Assembly: GCA_963755715.1 (NCBI GenBank)
Contig: CAVWLW010000068.1
Span: 32,001-96,000, forward strand
Source of the DNA: an uncultured delta proteobacterium
Lineage (GTDB): Bacteria > Desulfobacterota > Binatia > UBA9968
Reading direction: 5' to 3'
Length of the DNA: 64,000 nt
Below the pieces are notes generated by a model that saw only the letters and a list, made by a program, of their open reading frames with translations, did no database searches and was not told where the DNA came from. The position numbers were made by a program, and so were the translations under genes. Below, piece by piece: positions 9,957-19,417 of the stretch; within the stretch, counting starts at the first letter, position 1, and every line of letters starts with the position of its first letter.

Positions 9957-10964
9957 TCATGCAACCGTCAATTTAAAAACTGCTTTGGCATTGTCCTCGA
10001 AGATCTTCTTGCGGTCCGCCGCGCTTAGCCACTCGATGTTCTCGATCATCGGTTTCACGTTGTCCATGGAACGGCCGGTTGCCGGATCGACGGAAGAGCC
10101 AACCCCCGGGCACTCGGTGCCGAAGAGGCAACGGTCGACGCCCACGGTCTTGATCAGCAGGCGGAGCGCGTCCTCGGTGTACAACACGGTGTCGTAATAG
10201 AGCTTGCGCAGGCCGTCGGAAAATCGCCCGCCGGTGCCGCGCCGCAGCGACGGCGCTTCGAAACGGCCGAGCTGGTAGGGAATCGCACCGCCGCCGTGGC
10301 TGAGAACGATTTTAAGATTGGGGAAATCGTTCAAGACGTTGGAGTTGACCAGACCGAATACCGCAATGGATTCTTCATTGATGAAGTGCACCGAATACGG
10401 GCTCCGCTCCGAGCGCGAGCCGGTCCCATGGATGTGCGCGGGTACGTCGAGCTCGCAGAGTTTTTCATAGAGCGGATACCAGTAACGGTCGCCGAGGGGC
10501 GGCGCTTCGGTGCCGCTGTTTTCGTACGGGTCCGGATTCAACAGACAACCGACAAAGCCCAGCTTCACGCAGCGTTCGAGCTCCGGAATCGCCTGCTGAA
10601 TTGGATCGCCCGCGGTCTGCGGCAGGGCGCAGACACCGATCCATTTGCCGGGAAAAAGTTTCATCTGGCGGTGGATGATGTTGTTGCATTCTTCGGTAAA
10701 CCAATGGACGAGTTTGGTCGGCTTTTCCGACTGCATCAACTGAAACGGCCGCGGTGAAATGAGCTGGACGTCGGTGCCGTGGTCGCGCATGTAATCGAGA
10801 TGGCCCTTGGCCCAGTTTTCCTTGCGATTGGCCGCCGCGCGGATCTCGTCGTCCGAGACGTTGACGCCGCCGCGCCCGTGCGCGCCGCGGGCTGATAATA
10901 AACCTGCCTTGTACGCCCATAACTCCGTCGGGGCCGAAACATGGCCGTGTATATCGATAATCAT
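9957..10964 (-). CDS. ligY: LigY-like meta-cleavage product C-C hydrolase (amidohydrolase fold)
   Basis: MIIDIHGHVSAPTELWAYKA..RGAHGRGGV, QLISPRPFQ, NPDPYEN..EAPPLGDRYWYPLYEKLCELD and ERSPYS.HFINEE closely match recalled Sphingobium LigY. ATGA overlap with the upstream gene. Confidence 0.75.
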   Translation of the reverse strand: MIIDIHGHVSAPTELWAYKAGLLSARGAHGRGGVNVSDDEIRAAANRKENWAKGHLDYMRDHGTDVQLISPRPFQLMQSEKPTKLVHWFTEECNNIIHRQMKLFPGKWIGVCALPQTAGDPIQQAIPELERCVKLGFVGCLLNPDPYENSGTEAPPLGDRYWYPLYEKLCELDVPAHIHGTGSRSERSPYSVHFINEESIAVFGLVNSNVLNDFPNLKIVLSHGGGAIPYQLGRFEAPSLRRGTGGRFSDGLRKLYYDTVLYTEDALRLLIKTVGVDRCLFGTECPGVGSSVDPATGRSMDNVKPMIENIEWLSAADRKKIFEDNAKAVFKLTVA

Positions 10965-12208
10965 CGCTTGGGTTCCTCCCTTTCTTCGAAAACCTTTCGC
11001 CAAGAAACGCTGTCAGGCAAATAGGCAACGTCGCAGCGGATGCGCGAAAAGTCGGCTTGCGCCGCATCGTAAACCAGACCCGGTGGCGGTTTGCCCGTTT
11101 GCAAATCTTTTACGGCCTTGAGCAAAAACCGGCGCACTTGAATGACGTATGAGTCGCTCGCGCCGAGGTGCTCTTTGGTTCTGTCCGCGATCGGACCCAT
11201 ACTCTCCGTGGCGCAGGCGTCCTGATTCAAGAATTCTTCTATGCCGGTGAAATTGACGGTCTTCTGAACCTGCCGGTCCTGGAGATAGTTGTTGCGCATG
11301 TTGCGCAGCTTGCGGTAGTCGGCGTCGACGAAATCGCGCTTTGACGAATCTTCCTTCGTCATCGGCTTGGACCATTTGAAAAAAAAATCGTACCTCCAGG
11401 TGTTATGGTCGTCGGCGGGAACCTGGTAGACGGCTTTGAAGCCGTCGAGTTTGCCGTCGACCTCGCGGCCCACCGGAACACAGCCGATAAACGGCATGAC
11501 AAATTGTGAGATGCGAACGTAACGCTTGTCAGGCGCGATTTTCCTGATCGCGGCGACTCGGAAACCGAAGTCCATTTCGTCGATTTCGAAAGCCGGCGAT
11601 TGATCTTCGTGCGTGAGAAAATTATGCCGCCCGTCAGGCTTGAATACTTTATGCAGGTAATTCAAGTGAGAGGAATCGCAGTCGCCGTCCAAAGCTTGAA
11701 GATAGTTACACTCCAAAAGACTCTTGGCGATGTAAATTTGCTGCTGCGGCACGCCGAGCCAGGCGTAGGTTGGGAACACCGGCTTTTCTTCTTTGACTCC
11801 CATGAAAGTGAATACCACTCCGCCTGCCTCGATACAGGGATACGCCGTATGATGAACTTTGTTTTTTAACTGGCTGCCGGCAGGCTCCGCCGGCGTTTCG
11901 AGCACATTGCCTTCGATGTCGTACTTCCAACCGTGATAGATGCACCGCAGGCCGCAATCTTCGTTGCGGCCGAAAAACAGTGAGGTGCCGCGATGGGCAC
12001 AGTGTTCGTCGAGCAGGCCGATCCTTCCCTGAGTGTCGCGAAAAGCGACGAGATCTTCGCCGAGCAGGCGCACGCGCACAGGAGGACCATCGGGCTCGGG
12101 AATTTCTTCCGAGAGCAGAGCGGGAATCCAATAGCGCCGCAATAGTCGTCCCATCGACGTGCCGGGATGCACTCGGGTCAACAGCTCGTTTTCTTCTTTC
12201 GAGAGCAT
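10961..12208 (-). CDS. Rieske non-heme iron oxygenase alpha subunit (phthalate 4,5-dioxygenase / LigXa-like)
   Basis: MLSKEENELLTRVHPGTSMGRLLRRYW; Rieske CAH...CIYH; mononuclear Fe DSSHLNYLH and NQD; C-terminal EHLGASD. Confidence 0.9.
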   Translation of the reverse strand: MLSKEENELLTRVHPGTSMGRLLRRYWIPALLSEEIPEPDGPPVRVRLLGEDLVAFRDTQGRIGLLDEHCAHRGTSLFFGRNEDCGLRCIYHGWKYDIEGNVLETPAEPAGSQLKNKVHHTAYPCIEAGGVVFTFMGVKEEKPVFPTYAWLGVPQQQIYIAKSLLECNYLQALDGDCDSSHLNYLHKVFKPDGRHNFLTHEDQSPAFEIDEMDFGFRVAAIRKIAPDKRYVRISQFVMPFIGCVPVGREVDGKLDGFKAVYQVPADDHNTWRYDFFFKWSKPMTKEDSSKRDFVDADYRKLRNMRNNYLQDRQVQKTVNFTGIEEFLNQDACATESMGPIADRTKEHLGASDSYVIQVRRFLLKAVKDLQTGKPPPGLVYDAAQADFSRIRCDVAYLPDSVSWRKVFEEREEPKR

Positions 12209-12220
12209 GATTTCTCTTTC

Positions 12221-13372
12221 CTACGGTCGCTTCGCGAGAATCGTTTTGAGCAGCTTGGTCGCTTCGGCGGTTTCCTGATCCACGTTCGGCCCGTTTTCCC
12301 AGAAAACTGCGTCGTCCTTCAAGCGGTATTCGGGCGCGATGACGTCCTTGGCGATATCGGTGCGGCGAGAGTTGGCGTTGCGCTGGCCGGACTTCACCGA
12401 CTGCTCCTGGAACAAGCTTTGTCCTTCACGCGAAAGAAACCAATTGAGAAAGATTTGTGCCGCATGGGGGTGAGGAGCCGGAGTGATCAAGCTGATCACG
12501 CCTTGGCCGCCGGCGATATAGTCGCCTTCTTTCAGGGTCTGGCTTGCCGACTCCACGGGAAGCCGCTGCTCTTTGGCACTCGCCAATTCCGCGTCGTCGC
12601 AGGGAACGCAGACGGCCGCCTTCCCTGCGGCCAACCAATCGACGAGCTGGCGATGATCACGACTCAAAGTCAATTGCATATCGCCGTACAACTTGCTGAT
12701 GAATTCCGGACCCAGGGCCTTATTCATATAGAGATACCATAGAACATTGCGGGCCACTCCGGCGATGGTCGGGTCGTAGCCGATGATTTTTCCTTTCCAC
12801 TTCGGGTTGATGAGATCCCACCACGACTTGATTTCATCCGCCTTCCCTTGCTGGCTGTTTGTGGAGATGTAAAGGCCGCGATGCCCTTGAAAGACAAACG
12901 AGTGACGCGTTTCAGGATCGACAAACCGATGCTTGCCTTTGAACCATTTCGACTCGTCTTTCACCTCGGGCAAGATAAAGGCGGGCGGCATGGGAGCCAG
13001 AGCTTTCGCCGGATACAAAATCGAAACGTGAGTCCCTTGTCCGGCGATATAGAGATCGGCTTGATATTTTCCCGCTCTTCGCTCGGCCATCAGTCGAGAG
13101 GCAAGGGCGGGGCCGCTTGGCCCGTCTACCTGGTTGAGCCTGATCTTGGGAAAAGCTTTCTGAAACTGGCTGACAGTGAACCTGGGATAGTCGACGACAT
13201 AGACGGCGACCTCGCCCTCTGTCTCCGCCGACTTAAGCGTTTTGTCCCACTCGCTTTGCCTCGACTCTGCCGCTCCGCCAGCCTGGCTCGCGACAGCGAG
13301 AAGCAAGGTGACGGTCAAACTAATAAGGAATAGTCGTCTTGTACTCAAACTAACCATCGATCTGTCCGTCAT
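12221..13372 (-). CDS. ABC transporter substrate-binding protein (AfuA/Fe3+-type family)
   Basis: Signal peptide; RLMAERRAGKY.AD, SWWDLINPKWKGKI and APHPHAAQIFLNWFLSREGQ. Confidence 0.85.
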   Translation of the reverse strand: MTDRSMVSLSTRRLFLISLTVTLLLAVASQAGGAAESRQSEWDKTLKSAETEGEVAVYVVDYPRFTVSQFQKAFPKIRLNQVDGPSGPALASRLMAERRAGKYQADLYIAGQGTHVSILYPAKALAPMPPAFILPEVKDESKWFKGKHRFVDPETRHSFVFQGHRGLYISTNSQQGKADEIKSWWDLINPKWKGKIIGYDPTIAGVARNVLWYLYMNKALGPEFISKLYGDMQLTLSRDHRQLVDWLAAGKAAVCVPCDDAELASAKEQRLPVESASQTLKEGDYIAGGQGVISLITPAPHPHAAQIFLNWFLSREGQSLFQEQSVKSGQRNANSRRTDIAKDVIAPEYRLKDDAVFWENGPNVDQETAEATKLLKTILAKRP

Positions 13373-13432
13373 GGCCGCATGGCAAATCCTTTACATCAAA
13401 TGCCGCGGAAGAAGGAAAGAACCCTGGCTTGG

Positions 13433-13507
13433 AGGTCCCAATCGTCCCAAAAGCCTGTCCTGAGTCCCATCGAAGGGTTCAACCGCTGCGCTCCGTTTCA
13501 AATCGTT
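13433..13507. repeat. Short intergenic repeat, copy 2, with internal REP-like insert
   Basis: Same 13-mer and cgtttcaa..cgtt tail as 8790-8823, plus an internal segment cctgtcctgagtcccatcgaagggttcaaccgctgcgctc. Confidence 0.5.
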
Positions 13508-13530
13508 GAGGATTTTTAGTATCGGCAGAT

Positions 13531-14511
13531 TTACCGAGGCAGCGCTTTTCTGGCTTCTTCAAGATAGCTGGAATCGACGATGTCCTCCGGTTTGGGCAAA
13601 GGTTTTTTCAGCGCGCCTTCCTCGGCGATCAGATTGAGCACCGTTTGTACGCCTTTTAGGTTGACCTCGCCGTTGCGCGGCCAGATCTGTGTCTGCGTGT
13701 AAGTCTCCCAGGACTTGGCAATATACTTCGGGTCGAGCTTGGTGATGCCAGGAAGAATTTTGATCGCTTCTTCCCGATTGTCGTGCAGCCATCGGTAAGT
13801 GGACACCAGCGCTTTTGAGTACCGCACCACGATACTGCGATTTTTCTGTGCCCAGCCTTCGCGCGCGCCGATCGCCGAGAGCTGGTAGTCGGGCATGAGC
13901 TTATAGGCATCCCCTAAATTGCTAAGACCCTGCTCGACGGCCATGATACTCAGCGGCTGCGCCAGCAAAGCGGCGTCGACCTGGCCGCTCTGCAAGGCCG
14001 TGAACTGCGGCGTCGAACCGCCGATCGACAATAGACTGTAATCCCTTGGATAAAGGACGCCGCGCTCCTTGAGCATCTGTTTCATCATCAACGCGGCGGC
14101 AGAGGTAATGCCGGACATAGCCAATTTGGTCCCGCCTTTAAGATCCTCCATTTTTTTGTACTTGGGCAAGGCGATGAGCGAATAGGTAGTGCCGTTGAAC
14201 GAACCGGCGATCAGCTTAATGTCACGGTTGCCTTGCTGCAGAAGTACGGCCAGCAAGTTCGGCGGCACGTTGCCGAACTGAAGCGAATCGGAGATCAGAG
14301 CCTGAACGATTTGCTCGTTCCGACTGATGATGACGATCTCGGGGTAGAGACCTTCGCGCTTGAAAAAGCCTTTTTCTTTCGCGACGAAAACCGGCGCGTA
14401 GCCAAACGTTGCGGCGATGATGCCGATGCGAATGACATCGTCGGCCTTGATCAGCTGGGGACAAATAAAAACCAGAGATAGCGCGAACAAACCCAGTTGT
14501 ATGTGTCTCAT
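13531..14511 (-). CDS. ABC transporter substrate-binding protein, NMT1/SsuA-like
   Basis: Signal peptide; VAKEKGFFKREGL and ALQSGQVDAALL. Confidence 0.9.
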   Translation of the reverse strand: MRHIQLGLFALSLVFICPQLIKADDVIRIGIIAATFGYAPVFVAKEKGFFKREGLYPEIVIISRNEQIVQALISDSLQFGNVPPNLLAVLLQQGNRDIKLIAGSFNGTTYSLIALPKYKKMEDLKGGTKLAMSGITSAAALMMKQMLKERGVLYPRDYSLLSIGGSTPQFTALQSGQVDAALLAQPLSIMAVEQGLSNLGDAYKLMPDYQLSAIGAREGWAQKNRSIVVRYSKALVSTYRWLHDNREEAIKILPGITKLDPKYIAKSWETYTQTQIWPRNGEVNLKGVQTVLNLIAEEGALKKPLPKPEDIVDSSYLEEARKALPR

Positions 14512-14852
14512 CGGTCATCGATCCGCTACTCCCTTCAAAATAGCCCAATCCATTACCCGCACTCTGCACGCAAGGAGTGAAACGGTCAAGTTGTGACACA
14601 ACGACATGGCAGCCCCTCGTTGGATTAATCAATTTTGCCCCCGCGGCGGTGCAGAGTTCGCTGAGATTTAAGGAAAAGAGTTCGGCGGGTTGGGTCCCTT
14701 TCCACCGGTCCAAAGCTGATGCCCGACCGATTTTCCGATTGCCGTGCAGAAATAAAAGCTTACTTTAATTGATCCCTTGTTTCATCTTCACGTCAGAAGA
14801 AATAGAATCGTGCTAACCGCATCCTGATCCAGTTTATCGCCGGGTGACCGTA

Positions 14853-16472
14853 ATGAATGTCTTGATGCTTTACCCGAAATTCCCTGAGCAGACTTTTTGG
14901 AATACCGCGCGTTCGGTGAAACTTCTCTGGGGCCGCAAGGCGATCATGCCGCCGCTGGGGCTCCTCACCATCGCTAGTTATCTGCCGGAAGATTTTTCTC
15001 TGCGCCTGATCGATCGCAACGTCGCCGCAGAATCGGATTCCGACTGGGCGTGGGCAGATGTTGTTTTTCTGAGCGTCATGATGGCGCAGCGGGACGATTA
15101 CCGCGAATGCGTGGCCAATGCCAAAATGCGCGGCAAGCCGATTGCGGTCGGGGGTCCTTTTACCCATGCGCTGCCGGAGGACGCCTGCGCCGATGCCGAT
15201 TGGGTCTGCTTCGGTGAAGCGGAAGATATCATGGAGCAGTTGGTGAGCGACTTGCGCGCCGACCGCCGCGGGCAAAGGTATCAAGGCGGAGCGGGTACGA
15301 ACATGGAGCGCGTCAAGATTCCGCGCTTCGAGCTTTTACCCGACGTGAATGACTACGCCACGATGGCGCTGCAATTCTCGCGCGGCTGTCCTTTCAAGTG
15401 TGAGTTCTGCGACATCATCGAGATTTACGGCCGCGTGCCGCGGACGAAAACCCCTTCGCAGGTCTGCGCCGAGCTGGCGGAGGTCGAACGGCTGGGCTTT
15501 CAAGGTTACATTTTTTTGGTCGATGACAATTTCATCGGCAACAAGAGAAAAGCCAAAGAAATGCTCGCCGAGCTGGCAACGTGGAATCGCGAACATCATT
15601 ATCCGTTTCGCTATTACACCGAAGCTTCGATCAATCTGGCCGACGATGACGAGCTCCTCGAGCGCATGCGCCAAGCCGGTTTCTTCCACGTTTTCATCGG
15701 CATCGAGACGCCGGACCCCAAGCTGCTGAAAACCACGCAGAAGATGCAGAATATTCCCGGCAGTCCGTTGGCGAAGCTGGCGCGCGTTCGCCGACAGGGT
15801 CTCCACGTCACCGCGGGTTTTATCGTTGGCTTCGACGGCGAAGAGCGCGGCGTTTTCGAGGCACAACGCCAATTCATCCAAGCTTCCGGTATCGGCGTGG
15901 CCATGGTCGGCTTGCTGCAGGCCATTCCTCACACCCAGCTTTCACGGCGCTTGAAAGCGGAAGGGCGTTTATTGGAAACACTCAGCTCGACCGGCAATCA
16001 TACGGTGGAGGGAATCAATTTTATCCCGAAGGGCGAGATGACCAAACGCGAGTATCTGGAAAGCTATCGCGAACTCGTGCGCGATATCTTTCAACCGCGG
16101 GCCTATTTCGCGCGAACCGTGCCTGCTTTGCTGGAGCTACAGGCAAGAGCGCCGCTCGGCGCGGTGCGCCGCCATGGGGCGCAATTGTTTCGGGTTCTTC
16201 TGAAGGAATCCTATTATTTTGGTCTGCGCGCACAGGCAATCCGGTCTTATTTTTGGCAGGCTCTTTGGCAAATACTGTGGAAGCGGCCGGCCGCGCTCGA
16301 GTCGTTCGTCTTCGACTGTGCGGTTTTTCACCATCTGCATGAGCACGCCGATTACATCCAGCGCGAGCTTGCCCAGTACCTTGCCACGCCTCATCCGGAT
16401 GACGTGCTCGACGCCGTCATCGACCCGAATGATGCGCCGGCTTCGCACCGGATGGGTGCGGTCGGCAGTTAG
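14853..16472 (+). CDS. Cobalamin-binding radical SAM protein (DUF4070 / HpnP-related clade)
   Basis: N-terminal B12 domain (MPPLGLLTIASYLP, GGP, GEAE); QFSRGCPFKCEFC; VDDNFIGN; GIET. Confidence 0.88.
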   Translation: MNVLMLYPKFPEQTFWNTARSVKLLWGRKAIMPPLGLLTIASYLPEDFSLRLIDRNVAAESDSDWAWADVVFLSVMMAQRDDYRECVANAKMRGKPIAVGGPFTHALPEDACADADWVCFGEAEDIMEQLVSDLRADRRGQRYQGGAGTNMERVKIPRFELLPDVNDYATMALQFSRGCPFKCEFCDIIEIYGRVPRTKTPSQVCAELAEVERLGFQGYIFLVDDNFIGNKRKAKEMLAELATWNREHHYPFRYYTEASINLADDDELLERMRQAGFFHVFIGIETPDPKLLKTTQKMQNIPGSPLAKLARVRRQGLHVTAGFIVGFDGEERGVFEAQRQFIQASGIGVAMVGLLQAIPHTQLSRRLKAEGRLLETLSSTGNHTVEGINFIPKGEMTKREYLESYRELVRDIFQPRAYFARTVPALLELQARAPLGAVRRHGAQLFRVLLKESYYFGLRAQAIRSYFWQALWQILWKRPAALESFVFDCAVFHHLHEHADYIQRELAQYLATPHPDDVLDAVIDPNDAPASHRMGAVGS

Positions 16473-16547
16473 AATTCCCGATTCTTGCCAGTGCAAAAGC
16501 GCGGGGCTCGCTGAGGAAAATCGTAACAAATTCACTCATGGCGCGGC

Positions 16548-17510
16548 TTACTTGCCGCCTTTTTTATCCAGCTCCGCGACAAAGCGCATATCCAGGAAAT
16601 CGTCCGCCTTGGCAGTTTTCGCCGCCGGGTCGGGGATCTCTGCGAGCACGGCCTCCATCCCTTTGCGGCTCACGTAAGGCGGATACTCTAAATAATCGCG
16701 AAACTGATTATAAGTATCTTCCTGGATTTCCGGCTCTTTCACCTTTAATTGATTCTGGATCATTTTGAGCGCGGCGCTTTTGTTGGTCTTAAACATTTGC
16801 ACGCCTTCGGCGTAAGCGCGCACCACGCGCCGCACCGTGTCTTCATTAGCCTTGATATAGTTCCGGCTGCTTCCGACGGCGACGGAAACGAATTCCGGAC
16901 CTTCCTTGGCGACGTTCATCAACTCGACGAAACCGGCCTTTTTCGCGCGCGCGTTGGTCGGCGGTGACATGACGCCGGCGTCGATTTGGCCGGCCGCCAG
17001 CGCGGTGAAGATGTTCGGCACCTCCATCAAAGGCAAAATCTGATAATCCGACGGCTTCAAGCCAGCCGAACCGAGCGCGTAAAGCGCCGACGTATGAGTC
17101 GACGAGCCCACTCGGGTAATGCCGATCTTTTTACCTTTTAAATCCGCGATCCTTTTTATTTCCGGTTTTGCCATCAGCGAAAAGACCTGGCGATTGGTGG
17201 CGCCGGCAACCAGGGCCAAGTTCGCTCCTTTTAAGTTTGCCTGTGCGGCGTTTACACCATCCATAAACGAGAAAGCGATTTCACCGGCAAGAATGGCCTG
17301 GATGCCGCGCGAGCTCGACGGAATATGCAGCAGCTCGACCTCCAAGCCGTTTTTCTTAAATAGGCTTTCCTGCTGCGCCATGAACATGCCGCTTTGCGCG
17401 CCGGTGACCGCGGTCCAATTGAAGCGCACCGGGTTTTGCGCCGCTGCCTTATCGGACAGCAAAAAACTCAATGCCGCTACGGTCACTAGGTGCCAAATTC
17501 TAAGTTTCAT
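16548..17510 (-). CDS. ABC transporter substrate-binding protein, NMT1/SsuA-like
   Basis: Signal peptide MKLRIWHL...AAA; FKKNGLEVEL and DLKGKKIGITRVGS. Confidence 0.9.
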   Translation of the reverse strand: MKLRIWHLVTVAALSFLLSDKAAAQNPVRFNWTAVTGAQSGMFMAQQESLFKKNGLEVELLHIPSSSRGIQAILAGEIAFSFMDGVNAAQANLKGANLALVAGATNRQVFSLMAKPEIKRIADLKGKKIGITRVGSSTHTSALYALGSAGLKPSDYQILPLMEVPNIFTALAAGQIDAGVMSPPTNARAKKAGFVELMNVAKEGPEFVSVAVGSSRNYIKANEDTVRRVVRAYAEGVQMFKTNKSAALKMIQNQLKVKEPEIQEDTYNQFRDYLEYPPYVSRKGMEAVLAEIPDPAAKTAKADDFLDMRFVAELDKKGGK

Positions 17511-17632
17511 TATCGCTTCTTGAGCTCCCTTCGACTTTAAGCCAACTCTTGGAAATATCAGCACAAGCGTAACAATTCGCGCGGCTAATGCAACTGTTTG
17601 GTTTGGCCCTGGAAGCGTGGTAATTAGCCCTC

Positions 17633-18592
17633 ATGAGCAGGAAGATTCACCTCACCTTGGCGACCGGCGACTACGAAAGCATCCGCGCATTGAAAGAAGG
17701 AACGGTTAAACCCGACGGCATCGAGCTTACTGTCCTCACCGACATGAATTCCGATATCCGCCACTGGCGCATGTTGCGCAATCGCGAATTCGACGTCGCC
17801 GAGCTGTCGATGTCGAATTATTTGATGGCCAAGTATACCGACTTGCCCTTTGTCGCGATCCCGGTATTTCTCCATCGCCGTTTTCGCCACGGCTTTATTT
17901 TTCTCAACGCCGCCAAAGGCATCACCAAACCCAAGGATTTGATCGGCAAGAAAGTCGGGCTGCGCAACTTTCAAGCGACTGCCAATCTTTGGATTCGCGG
18001 CGTCTTGGAGCACGAGCACGGCGTGCCGCATCGCAGCATCGACTGGTTCAAGCAGGATGACGAAGAAGTCGATTGGACACCGCCGGGGGATTTAAAAATT
18101 CAGCGCACGGGCAAGAGCGTTGAGAAAATGTTGCTCGAAGGCGAACTAGACGCGCTGATCCACCCGGAAGTGATCCAGCCGATTCTCGATAAAGATAAGC
18201 GAGTGACGCGTTTGTTCCCCAATTATCGCGATTTGGAAATGGATTACTTCAAACGCACCGGCATTTTTCCGATTATGCACACCACCGCGATCAAGCAGGA
18301 GATCGTCGACAAATATCCCTGGATACCGATTAACCTGATGCAAGCATTCGAGGAATCCAAAAAGATTGCTTACAAGCGCATGGAAAATCCGCGCATCGTG
18401 CCTTTGGCTTGGTTCCGCCACTTTCTCGAAGAACAGGAAGAAATCCTCGGCCAAGACCCTTGGGTTTACGGCCTTGGCGAGATCAACAAAAAAACTTTGG
18501 AGACGCTGATGCAATATTCACAGGAGCAGGGTCTTTTGGGCCGGAAAATGTCGCTCGACGAATTGTTTGTCGGCAGCGAAGCTCATTCATAA
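17633..18592 (+). CDS. 4,5-dihydroxyphthalate decarboxylase-like protein (SBP fold)
   Basis: LTLATGDY, EFDVAELSMS, AIPVFLHRRFRH, YFKRTGIFPIMH and DPWVYGL are typical of the Pht5/OphC family. Confidence 0.75.
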   Translation: MSRKIHLTLATGDYESIRALKEGTVKPDGIELTVLTDMNSDIRHWRMLRNREFDVAELSMSNYLMAKYTDLPFVAIPVFLHRRFRHGFIFLNAAKGITKPKDLIGKKVGLRNFQATANLWIRGVLEHEHGVPHRSIDWFKQDDEEVDWTPPGDLKIQRTGKSVEKMLLEGELDALIHPEVIQPILDKDKRVTRLFPNYRDLEMDYFKRTGIFPIMHTTAIKQEIVDKYPWIPINLMQAFEESKKIAYKRMENPRIVPLAWFRHFLEEQEEILGQDPWVYGLGEINKKTLETLMQYSQEQGLLGRKMSLDELFVGSEAHS

Positions 18593-18594
18593 AT

Positions 18595-19302
18595 ATGGAA
18601 GCTGCCATCATCGCCGGCGTTGGACCGGGAACTGGAGCGGCGCTCGCGCGCGCGTTCGCCAAAGAAGGCTATGCGATCGGCTTGCTATCACGGCACGTGG
18701 AATCCAGTCAGCCAGTGGCTGACGAGATTCGCGCGCGCGGCGGCAAAGCGCTGGTTGTGCCGACCGATGTCACCGTCCGTCAGAGCGCACAAACCGCGGT
18801 CGCAGAAATTCGTAACCATTTCGGACCGATCACGGCATTGGCCCATAACGCCAGCGGTTACGGCCGCGCCAGTTTTCTGGAAATGGATCCTGAGCAAGTG
18901 CGCCAATCCTTTGACGCGAACGTGATGGGCGCTGTTTATTTAGCACAGGCTGTGATCCCCGACATGCTCAAGGCCGGGCATGGCTTCATCTCGCTCACCG
19001 GCGCCACCGCCGCGCTGCGTGGCCGCGCCGGCTTCGCGCCCTTGGCCATCGGCAAGTCGGGATTGCGCATGCTCGGCCAAGCGCTCGCGCGCGAGTTTCA
19101 CCCGAAAGGAATACACGTCGTGCATGTGATCGTCGACGGGCAAATCGACAACCCCAGGCTCCGTGCCAGGGAGCCAAATCGGCCGGTCGAAACCGTCATT
19201 CCGCCAAGCGCGATCGCCGACGCAATCATCGCCTGCCTGAGACAACCGCGCACCGCATGGTCTCAAGAAATCGACATTCGGCCCGCCGGCGAATCTTTTT
19301 AA
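18595..19302 (+). CDS. Short-chain dehydrogenase/reductase
   Basis: AIIAGVGPGTG Rossmann motif; TGATAALRG; LAREFHPKGIHVVHVIVDGQI. Confidence 0.9.
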   Translation: MEAAIIAGVGPGTGAALARAFAKEGYAIGLLSRHVESSQPVADEIRARGGKALVVPTDVTVRQSAQTAVAEIRNHFGPITALAHNASGYGRASFLEMDPEQVRQSFDANVMGAVYLAQAVIPDMLKAGHGFISLTGATAALRGRAGFAPLAIGKSGLRMLGQALAREFHPKGIHVVHVIVDGQIDNPRLRAREPNRPVETVIPPSAIADAIIACLRQPRTAWSQEIDIRPAGESF

Positions 19303-19417
19303 CCGTTACTTCGGCGAGTTAAATCCGACATTGATCTTCGCCTTGTATTGGCGTAGATTTTCCACCTGTTAGATTTGTTTACACCAACTCGCGTGTAGCT
19401 TCGGAAAAGGAGGATTT

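Noticed and set aside
14512-14852. Possible cobalamin riboswitch upstream of the B12-dependent radical SAM gene
   Set aside because: I could not find the conserved B12-box or the GGGAA, GCCACTG and CCCGC.ACTGT elements in order; an Infernal search with Rfam cobalamin models would settle it.
14853-16472. Calling this gene hpnP
   Set aside because: The motif reads QFSRGCPF rather than the QYSSGCPY I recall for HpnP, and no hopanoid genes are adjacent.
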